64,000 nt of DNA. Origin: an uncultured delta proteobacterium (lineage in GTDB: Bacteria; Desulfobacterota; Syntrophia; Syntrophales; Smithellaceae). The translations under genes and the position numbers were made by a program. The notes under the pieces are model-generated. The model made no database searches and was not told the DNA's origin. It was given only the letters and a program-made list of their open reading frames with translations. How positions within the stretch are numbered: the stretch's first letter is position 1; each line of letters starts with the position of its first letter. Below, in pieces: positions 19,968 through 29,294 of this stretch. The stretch covers positions 213,788 to 277,787 of the forward strand of contig CAVPJZ010000004.1 in the NCBI GenBank assembly GCA_963705555.1. Direction: 5' to 3'.

Positions 19968-21924
19968 TCAACTGACCTTGATAATATTTACTGTTGTTTC
20001 AATTTCGCCTATTCGTCCGTCACGGTAGCGAATTTTTCCGATTACCTTAACATTTTTTTCATCACGGTACATTGCTTCGATGATTTTAATATATAAACCG
20101 TAAACAAAACGGCGTCGAACTTTGCCGGTACGCGTCAATTCTTCTTCATCCGCGTCCAGAAGTTTATACAGCAAAATAAATTTTTTGATCTTCATCACAT
20201 CGGGCAGCTGCTCATTGACCTTACGCACTTCTTTTAAAATCAATTCTTCCACTGCCGGCTGCTGGGAAAGATCCATATATGTCGTGTAGGGAATCATGCG
20301 GTCTTCCGCCCAGTTGCCGACATTTCCCATATCGATATTAATCATGGCGGTAATGAATGGACGGCTCTCACCGAAAATGACCGCTTCTTTAATATAGGGG
20401 CTGAATTTTAAGCGGGTTTCAATAAAATCAGGAGAAAAAGCCTCGCCGCTTTTGTTGCGGATAATATCTTCTTTGCGGCCAATGATCAATAGATGTCCGT
20501 CGCTATCGATGTAACCGGCATCACCGGTTTTGAGCCAGCCGTCTTCAAAAGCGGCTTGCGTTGCCTGATAATCATTATAATAGCCGGAAAAATTGGCTTC
20601 GGATTTAACCAGCACTTCCTGATCATCGGCAATTTTCACTTCGGTCAGCGGCAAGGGTTTACCCACGGTTTCCAGCTTTACTTCATTATCCGGCTGAATT
20701 TGAAATATGCCGCCTGCTTCGGTTAGATCCATAGCATTGTTTTAAATTCAAACCGATGGCGCGGAAAAACAAAATTACATCGGGACTGATCGGATGGCCA
20801 CCGGTAAAGGCGCTGCGAAAACGAGAGCAGCCCATACGATCCAAAAGCGGACGGTAAACGACGATAGACATTAATTTATATAAAACATTTAAGGACAGAG
20901 GAACTCTAGCTTTTTTTGCTCGTTTTTTTAACAACGGCTTTACCTATGATCTCTCCCCAGTAAAATAAATTTCTTCTTTATCCAGCCCGCATCGGATATT
21001 TTTACGCGAATGCGCGAAGCCATATCTTCCCAAAAGCGCGATGCCGTAATTATCATGGAAGGACCGATTTCCCGGAAATCTTCCAGTACCGTTTCCGCGG
21101 TTTCCGGAAAATTCATTGTCATTGCGCTCTACAAGCGCCACGCCCATACCCCACATCTGATCAACAATCCAGGCCGGCGGCGACATGGATAGCCAATTTT
21201 CTTCGGGTTTAATCCCTTGCTGCTTCTATCCATTGAGCAGCCATTTGCATAAAATTGCGATGGGAAAGCATGGCCAATTTGGGAATGCCTGTTGTGCCCG
21301 AAGTTTGAATCATAACGGCGATATCGTCAGGCCGGCCTTTGTTCTATTTCCTCATCAATAAAGCGAGGATTTTCTAAATTAAATTTTTCTCCTTCCTTTA
21401 AAAGCCGGGCATAGCTGATCAACCAGGAATCATTCTCATAAGATGTCATCCCGGTGGGATCAATATAAACAACTTTCTTGATTTGCGGCAGCTTCTCTTT
21501 AACTTCCAGAAGTTTATCTACTTGTTCCTGATCCTGAACTACAACGATTGAGGAATTAACGCGTTTAATAGATGTGCATAATTCTTCGGCGATAGATGAT
21601 GTGAATAAATTCAGTGTGGTTGCGCCCAGAGCATGGGCGGCAATTTCGGAAAAAAGCCATTCCGGATGATTTTCGACAATCAGGCAAACAGTTTCACCGC
21701 GCTGAAGATTCAAGAGCGGCAAATCCGCCGGCCGTTTTCTTCATATAACGATAATAATCAGACCAGCTGTATTTTTGCCAGATGCCGTATGCTTTTTCCC
21801 GAATAGCTGTTTTTGTTTCGCCGTACTTGGACGGCGTTTTCGGCCAGGATTTGCGGTATCGTTAAATTATATCCGTACGATTGTTTTTGTGTCACAATGC
21901 CCAAATTATTTACGCCTTTTTCAT
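19968..21924 (-). CDS. long-chain acyl-CoA synthetase-like AMP-binding enzyme, multiply frameshifted
   Basis: TSGTTGIPK region at 21275-21305, YG-TEAGG, GWLKTGDAG, ELTRTGKVRR. Confidence 0.85.
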
Positions 21925-21928
21925 ATCT

Positions 21929-22757
21929 TTATAATGTACCGGAATCGCCCAGATAGGCTTTGATAACTTCGGGATGGCTGCTGATTTCTTCAGCGGTGCC
22001 CTCACCCATTTTTTCACCAAAATTCAAAACCATAATGCGCTGGGAAATACTCATGACTATGGACATATCATGCTCCACCAAAATCATCGTCAGGCCCCAT
22101 CTCTGATTTAATTCCAGAAGAAAACGAACCATATCTTCCTTTTCTTCCAGATTCATTCCGGCAAAAGGTTCATCCAAAATAAGAAGCCTGGGCTCCAGCG
22201 CCAGCGCCCTTCCCAACTCAACCCTTTTCATCATTCCGTAAGGCAAAGAACCAACTGTTTTTTTCCGGATTGACTGCATTTCCAGAAAATCAATGATTTC
22301 TTCCAATATTTGTCGGTGGCGAATTTCTTCATTTTTTACCGCTGGAGAAAAAAGACAGGATTTAATGAAGCTGTAATGGCAGTGAATGTGGCGGGCCAGT
22401 GTCATATTGGCCAGCACCGTCATTCCCGGAAAAAGCTCAATATTCTGAAATGTTCTGCCGATACCGACATTTAACAAGCTGGTGAGTGTGTAAGTCGGTA
22501 ATATCCTCGCCGTTAAAGATTATTCGGCCTTTTTGGGGGCGGTAAAATCCGGTGATGCAGTTGAGCAGACTGGTTTTACCCGCCCCATTCGGACCAATGA
22601 TTGCCATTAATTCACCGGTATGAACGTTGAGATCAACATCTTTTACAGCTGTAACGCCGCCAAAACTAAGATGCAGATTTTTAATTTCCAGTTCAGCTTT
22701 TTTATTTTCTTCTCGCCGGCTGATCATTATCGATGGCCGACTGCGGAAAGCTTTCAT
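21929..22757 (-). CDS. ABC transporter ATPase (LivG-like), frameshifted
   Basis: GPNGAGKT, GIGRTFQN, LPYGMMKRVELGRAL, LDEPFAG, VEHDM. Confidence 0.88.
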
Positions 22758-22870
22758 TATAATCCTTCAGTTGCTTCGCAAAAAATTAATCTGCGGCGTT
22801 TACCCTGCATAGACTCGGGTTTCTCTACATCCATATTCTCTCGTCACAATTAAGAAATATTTGCGATTAA

Positions 22871-24077
22871 CTATTTCTTGAGCAATTTAATTTTGTCTTT
22901 GCCCGGAACATAAAAATTAGTCAGTGGTATATATGTTCCGTCTTCTTTTACTTTGACCATGCGGGCAGTGAATGACGCTCCGTGATCATCTTTAGTGTAT
23001 GTTATATTGGGAACTAAACCGCCGAAATTTTCATTCTTAAATGATTCCATGGCGGCATTGATGGTTTCCGGATTTATTTTCTTGCTCTTTTCATAAGCAC
23101 GCATAAATGCTCTTTCCATAATCATTCCGATAACAACACCCTCCCAATAGGAAGCATCAAATTTTTCCACTGTCTTATAACGCTTCCATAATTCTTTCAT
23201 TATCTTCATTCCGCCTGGATTTGTCCGCCGGCAATGCTCCGGGAAATTGAATGACAAGCCTATCACGAATCAGCCCGCCGCTCATTTTGAAGAAATCCGG
23301 ATCGGTGGATGTCCATGTTCCCAAAAACAGAGGACTGAAATTAATGCGGTCGGCGCTTTTGAAAGCGGTTATTATCGCTGAAGGCAGCATTTGCATAAAG
23401 ATATATTCCGCTCCGGCTTTCTGCAGACGAAGCAGTTCAGTGTTCAGATCAACTGTTTTCGGTGGAAATTCCTCAATAGCAACGATATTAATATTTAGTT
23501 TAGCGGCGTATTCTTTGCTGGGCTCGTGAATTGACCGGCCATAAGCGTTATTATAGGTGAGAAGACCGACTTTAGGAGTTTCTTTGCCTTTGTGGATTGC
23601 TTTAATATATTCCAACACGGCGTGACAATCCATTTTATAACTGCCGAAAGGAAGATACATATAATCCACCGGCTTTTCGAGTATTTCCCAACTGGTGGAA
23701 TAATTGATCGTCGGCACCTTGTATTTTTGAACTATCGGTTTTGCTGCCAATCCTTCACCGGCGCCCCAGGTGGCGATCATATCTACCTTATCCTGCAAAA
23801 CGAATTTCTGTACAGCAGCCTGAGCCTCCGGCACTTTATAAGCCGTGTCCACGGTGATCATTTCTATCTTGTTGCCGAATACTCCTCCCTTAACTTCATT
23901 TACATAGCGGAAATAATCGCGCTGACCTTTTTCATGAAACTGGCCCCAAGTCGAAGCCGGCCCGGTCAAGTTGATAGCCGCACCTACTTTGATCGTCTTG
24001 GCCTGCGCATTGATAAGAGCGGCAAACAAGAAAACAGTAACCATCAATGCAATTAAAATACCAATCCTCTTTTTCAT
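22871..24077 (-). CDS. ABC transporter periplasmic substrate-binding protein (LivJ/K-like family 6), frameshifted
   Basis: Signal peptide, IKVGAAINLTGPAS, NEVKGGV, DTAYK. Confidence 0.85.
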
Positions 24078-24125
24078 TTTCCCCTCCCATTATTCTGCAA
24101 ATATTTGTTTTCCATGCTTCACGAC

Positions 24126-24164
24126 AAAAAAAAACCGTGGGCTGATATTTATCTGCCCACGGTT
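24126..24164 (-). terminator. intrinsic terminator in the 5' leader of the ABC operon
   Basis: Minus strand aaccgtgggc-agataaatatca-gcccacggtt ending in a 9-T run, about 50 nt upstream of the SBP start codon. Confidence 0.8.
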
Positions 24165-24290
24165 CATTTCCCTTATATAACCGGTCATGACTCTATAAGG
24201 CAGACCCTTATAGTTGATAAAGCTAAAAAAGTATATAAAAGCCGCTGCCCTTTTAAAAACCAATTTCTCAATCATACCATTCTCTCCTCT
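24126..24290 (-). promoter_or_regulatory. candidate ribosome-mediated attenuator with a Phe/Tyr-rich leader peptide (ATG at 24275)
   Basis: SD GAGGAG, ORF MIEKLVFKRAAAFIYFFSFINY, alternative stems and terminator. Confidence 0.5.
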
Positions 24291-24494
24291 TGTATGGCGC
24301 ATATAGAGCAAATATGCGGAAAAAGTCAAGAAAAAAGTAAATAACCATTTTCGACAATCTTTAAAATATTATCGACTCATTAATAGCCAACAACGTTATG
24401 GCTAATCAAAAATCCACGCTATTGACCTTATATTTTCTCAACAGAATTAATAAGTTTTTATGCTAAAACTACGATATCATGTAGTTTAATTTTC

Positions 24495-24523
24495 TTGACA
24501 CATGCAGACCATTTTCATATAGT
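24495..24523 (+). promoter_or_regulatory. putative sigma70 promoter of the pilT-like gene
   Basis: TTGACA-17 bp-TATAGT. Confidence 0.6.
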
Positions 24524-24606
24524 TAGGACACCGGATACAGTTTTTTTCGGAGAGGAAGCATATAATCATTATCGCGATAGCACAAATAACCTCTTAGGAA
24601 GTATAT

Positions 24607-25881
24607 ATGAATAAGCGTTTTACAGATTTGATCCTAGCCGCCATCAAGCAAAGACTTTCGGACCTCCATATTACGGGAGGTTTTCCCTTGATCTTCCGTA
24701 GAGACGGCGTCATCCATTTCGATAAAAACATCAAATGGTCGCACACGGAAATAGACGCTATGGTTAAGGAAATGTTGAGCGACAGGCAATTACAGACCCT
24801 CAGGAAAAGATGGTCTGTCGACTTCGCTCTTTCCTTCAACCATGTGCGGGCGCGTATCAATGCGTTTTATACCACCCGTGGGTTGAGTCTGGCCATCCGC
24901 CTGCTTCCCGATAAGATTCCTGACCTCACCGCGCTCAACCTGCATCCCTCGCTTAGCCAGATTGTTGAACTTCAATCCGGTCTTATACTGGTTTGTGGAA
25001 GTACAGGTTTCGGCAAATCGACCACCGTAGCCGCCATCATTGAAGAAATCAACCGCACCAAACCCGCCCATATTATAACAATTGAAGATCCTATCGAATA
25101 CAGGTTTAAACCTAAGAAATCTTTCATCGAACAGCGCGAAGTCGGTGTACACGTCCCTTCCTTCAACCAAGGACTTCTGGACGTTCTGAGAGAAAATCCC
25201 GATGTGATCTTCGTAGGAGAATTAAGAGAACCGGATACAATTCGACTAACCCTCAATGCCGCCGAATCCGGGCACCTCGTTTTCGCGACGCTGCACGCAG
25301 CCAATGCCGAAGATGCGGTCTACCGCATTAACAACTGCGTGACCGGCGAGAATCAGGATGTCATACGCTACCAGTTTGCATCAATGCTTTCCTGGCTAGT
25401 TGTTCAGCAGTTGACCTTTATTGAAAGAGTTGGATTCCGCGTACCGATCCTTTCCATCTTAAAGGGGACATCATCGGTTCAGAGCAGTATCCGAGAAAAC
25501 AAGCTGACACAGTTGGAAAATATTATGCTGACTAGTAGAAACGAAGGCATGTTCACGATGAACCTTTATGAAAAGGAATTTATCAGCAACCGCCTTTCGT
25601 TTGTCCATCCGTACAAGAGCTTTGGCATGGGGGCGGATTCCTCCAAGGAAAAGGATTACGTTTCTTCTCTTATCGATCCCAATGCTGTTCAGGATGTAAT
25701 TTATATGTCATCTGTAGATGATGCCAATAAAACCGACAGTACTACAAAATTAACCCTCGGTGACGACGATGAGCAACGTTATGTAATCTTGGAAGACCAT
25801 GACGTGGATCTCAAAGACCTTCTCGCCCAGTACGATGAATCAAAAGAAGAACAAATCAAGAAAAAGCGCCCCAAAAAATAA
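24607..25881 (+). CDS. PilT/PilU-family type IV pilus ATPase, divergent, with a charged C-terminal extension
   Basis: SDLHI, GSTGFGKSTT, TIEDPIEY, QREVG, VGELRE, AESGHLVFATLH. Confidence 0.88.
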   Translation: MNKRFTDLILAAIKQRLSDLHITGGFPLIFRRDGVIHFDKNIKWSHTEIDAMVKEMLSDRQLQTLRKRWSVDFALSFNHVRARINAFYTTRGLSLAIRLLPDKIPDLTALNLHPSLSQIVELQSGLILVCGSTGFGKSTTVAAIIEEINRTKPAHIITIEDPIEYRFKPKKSFIEQREVGVHVPSFNQGLLDVLRENPDVIFVGELREPDTIRLTLNAAESGHLVFATLHAANAEDAVYRINNCVTGENQDVIRYQFASMLSWLVVQQLTFIERVGFRVPILSILKGTSSVQSSIRENKLTQLENIMLTSRNEGMFTMNLYEKEFISNRLSFVHPYKSFGMGADSSKEKDYVSSLIDPNAVQDVIYMSSVDDANKTDSTTKLTLGDDDEQRYVILEDHDVDLKDLLAQYDESKEEQIKKKRPKK

Positions 25882-25935
25882 CGTTCGGCATCAGCAGCAG
25901 CGCGAAGCGTCGTCCGCTGCATGCCGTTGTTCGGC
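25876..25935 (-). mobile_element. integron attC-like site overlapping the pilT stop codon
   Basis: Minus strand GCCGAAC-aacgg-catgcagc...gctgatgc-cgaac-GTTATTT; 60 bp with an extrahelical G in L''. Confidence 0.75.
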
Positions 25936-26092
25936 TGTTTCGCTCACATGCTTCGGCGAACATTGCCCTCCAAACGCCAGTTTTCGACAACACGGGGGTG
26001 CACGGTAAAAGTAGTTTTGCACCAGTAGGCCACTTAGCCTGCCGTAACCATGTTTCTGTTAATATTTTTCTTTAGGCCAAACATATTATAAA

Positions 26093-27457
26093 CTATTCCA
26101 CACCTAATTTCTCCATACGATAACGCAGGGAATCAAAGGTGACGTGCAAAAGCTCCGCGGCTTTTGTTTTTGAGCCATTAGTTTTTCGTAGAGCTTTTAC
26201 GATCATCATTTTTTCTATTCTTTCCAACTCCGAATTCAAGTCAATTCCTGCGTCTGTAATCCCGACATCAAAATTTTGTACGCCGGAGGCGGCATTTGCT
26301 GCTAATACTAAGTTTTCCGGCAAGATTATATTGGAGCTTTCCATCGCCACACCGCGTTCGATTATGTTTTCCAATTCGCGAATATTTCCGGGAAAGGCAT
26401 AATTCATCAACAACTCCATAGCATATGAAGAAATTGTTCTTATTTCCTTGCCGAATTCTTTCGCGTATTTTTCAATAAAATGCTTCGTTAGAAGAGGTAT
26501 ATCTTCTTTTCTGTCTCTCAGCGGCGGCATATGAATAGGAATGACATTCAGCCGAAAATAAAGATCTTCTCTAAATTCTCCCTTCTTGACTTTTTCTTCC
26601 AGATTTTGATTGGTGGCAGAAATTATCCGCACATCAACTTTGATATCCTCAGCACCACCGATGCGCCGAAAGGTTTTTTCCTGAACAACACGTAAAAGTT
26701 TTACTTGAAGTACAGGAGGTAACTCACCGATTTCATCAAGAAATATTGTACCACCTTTTGCCATTTCGAAAAGTCCCGGCTTATCGGCATAAGCGCCGGT
26801 AAAAGAACCTTTCATATAGCCGAAAAGTTCACTCTCGAGCAGATTTTCCGGAATTCCGCCGCTGTTAATAGCATTAAAAGGCATTTTAGAACGAGGTGAG
26901 TTTTCATGAATTGCACGCGCAACCAGTTCTTTGCCCGTTCCGCTTTCTCCCAAGATCAAAATATTTGCCGGAGTGTCGGCTACTTTTTTGATTGTCGCAA
27001 ATACTTTCATCATTTCCCGGCTTGTTCCAATCATCCCGCCAAACGTTATATCCTCGACTTGCTCTTTTTTTACAGTTTGATTTTCGGTTAATAACCCTTT
27101 TTTCACCAAAGCGGCGCGCACGATCTTTTTCAGTTCTTCAATACTGCCTCCTTTTTCCACATAATCATAAGCACCTTCTTTCATGGCGTTTACTGCTGTT
27201 TCTCCTGAGGCATAGGCTGTAATAAGAATAACTATTGTTTCCGGTTTTTTATCCTTAATGGCTTTAAGAAACTCAATGCCGTCGATTTTAGGCATTCTCA
27301 AATCAGTGATAACCAGATCAAAGTCTTTTTTGTTGCAGAGAGTGATTGCTTTAGACGGATCTTCGGCGCAAGTTACATTATAGCCTTCTTTTGTTAACAT
27401 TATCTCCATAAATTCTCTCATGCCCTGATCGTCATCAACAACCAAAATTCTAGCCAT
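26093..27457 (-). CDS. pilR: sigma54-dependent response regulator (PilR/NtrC family)
   Basis: Receiver domain, GESGTGKE, GSFTGA, FLDEIGE, FPGNIRELEN, Fis-type HTH; paired with a PilS-like kinase. Confidence 0.8.
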   Translation of the reverse strand: MARILVVDDDQGMREFMEIMLTKEGYNVTCAEDPSKAITLCNKKDFDLVITDLRMPKIDGIEFLKAIKDKKPETIVILITAYASGETAVNAMKEGAYDYVEKGGSIEELKKIVRAALVKKGLLTENQTVKKEQVEDITFGGMIGTSREMMKVFATIKKVADTPANILILGESGTGKELVARAIHENSPRSKMPFNAINSGGIPENLLESELFGYMKGSFTGAYADKPGLFEMAKGGTIFLDEIGELPPVLQVKLLRVVQEKTFRRIGGAEDIKVDVRIISATNQNLEEKVKKGEFREDLYFRLNVIPIHMPPLRDRKEDIPLLTKHFIEKYAKEFGKEIRTISSYAMELLMNYAFPGNIRELENIIERGVAMESSNIILPENLVLAANAASGVQNFDVGITDAGIDLNSELERIEKMMIVKALRKTNGSKTKAAELLHVTFDSLRYRMEKLGVE

Positions 27458-27476
27458 AGCCTCACCTCGGTTTTAC

Positions 27477-29184
27477 TTACACATTATATAAATTTTTTTG
27501 CTGAATATTTTCATCTATTACAGGCAGCCAAACTGCGCAACTTGTACCAATATTTATACTGCTCTCTATCTTTATTTTTCCACTGTAGCCTTCAACAATA
27601 CGGCCGACTATCGTTAAACCTAAACCGGTTCCCTTATCTTTATTGGTAAAGAAAGGTTCAAATATTTTCCTCAAATTTTCTTGATCAATGCCACAACCGG
27701 TATCAGTAATTTTAATTTCAGCGTATTCCTTTTTATCGTCCAATTTTACCAATGCAATTTCCACAGATAAAACGCCTCCTTTTTCCATTGCCTGAACAGC
27801 ATTAAGAACAAGGTTGTGAATAATTTGTCTGATCTGTCCCCTATTGGCAAAAATAGCGGCATTATCTGAAAATACTTTCATAATTTTTATTTTACTCGAC
27901 CATTCACTGGATAATTTCATGTTCTCAAGAACTTCTTCGGCAACTATGTTTACATCAACCAACTCCCTGGACAAAGGAATGGGACGCGCCAGCAGAAGAA
28001 AGTCCCGCACAAAGCTATCCAGTTGATTTTTACCGCGTAAAATTATCTGCATCAGACGCTTATCGGTTTTTTCTAAGTTCAATCCCTGCTTTAAAAGCTC
28101 AATTGAACCGGTTATCGAAGCCAGCGGATTTCTCATTTCATGCGCCAATCCCGCGGCCATTTCTCCGATTAAAGCTAATCTCTTACTCTTTTCGAGGTTC
28201 TCTTCCATCCGTCTTAATTTCTGTGATGTCCTGAAAAATCAAGATATTCCCTATCTGTTTTTCGTTTTTGTCCTTTAACGGAGAAATTGCACAACCCAGA
28301 TTAATTTTTCCACCTCTTGGCGTCTTGATAATGGCTTCTATTCGACTTTTGCTTTGTTCAGTCATTTTATTTTCTGAAAAAAATGGCATAAATTCCGGGA
28401 AAAATTCCTCAATTTGTCTGTTTTCTATATCGCGTAGCGGAAATCCGGTAATCTCTTCGGCAGCTCGATTAAAAGTTTTTATTCGACCTTGTAAATCTAT
28501 CGTCATTACACCAGTGTCAACGGATTCAATTATACTGCGAAACAGCAAGTCCAGTTGTGCAAAAGCCGATTCTTTTTCTTGCAATAAATATCTTGTTTTC
28601 TTTTCTTGTTCGACAACAAAACTGGCTAAAAATGCTATAATATAAAATGAGACAATGTGCACCAAAACACGAATTAGAACATCTCCAGTGCTGACATTGT
28701 AATCATGATCAACAACTGAAATGGAAGGTATCCATCCGTAAAATTCCAGGTCTAAGAGCAGTCCATAAAATATGCAGGAGGCTGAGGCGACAATTAAACC
28801 TCCTCTACGGCCAAGGAAAATTACCGAATATATTATAACTAGCGTATAAAGAAGTGAATAATTACTGCGGAAACTACCGGTGAAATAGACAAGGAAAGTA
28901 ATAAGTATGATGTCTACGGTTAGCTGCAGGTAAATATTGAAGCGCAAATCTTTAATATATTTCAAGAGTAAGGCATAAACAACGGAGATTATATAAGTTA
29001 AGGTGATAATAGAATAAAGCAAGTAGAGTGTGGTATTTGATGAAACTGGTGATCCCTGCTTCTTTATATCGATATAAATTGCAATCCCCAGAAACAGAGT
29101 CATGATGATAACTCTGAATATGATTAAAAACCGTAACCGCCTTTTATCTTTTTCATCTATGGAGGTTTCTTTATACATCACCAT
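27477..29184 (-). CDS. pilS: PAS-domain sensor histidine kinase (PilS-like), frameshifted near 28210
   Basis: Multiple TM helices, PAS (FNRAAEEITG), AHEMRNPL, DTGCGI, GTGLGL. Confidence 0.78.
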
Positions 29185-29294
29185 CTTCTCAATTATTTCT
29201 GGGCGCTATAATTTCAACATCATGCTATAATATTTTACGAATTTTGGCTAATAAATTTGAACTCTTTTTTGAAAAAAGAAATATTTAAAAATGT

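Noticed and set aside
24522-25935. pilT itself as an integron cassette (GTTAGGA upstream, attC downstream)
   Set aside because: The extrahelical base puts the attC on the minus strand, GTTAGGA does not complement AAATAAC, and the GTT overlaps the promoter -10 box.
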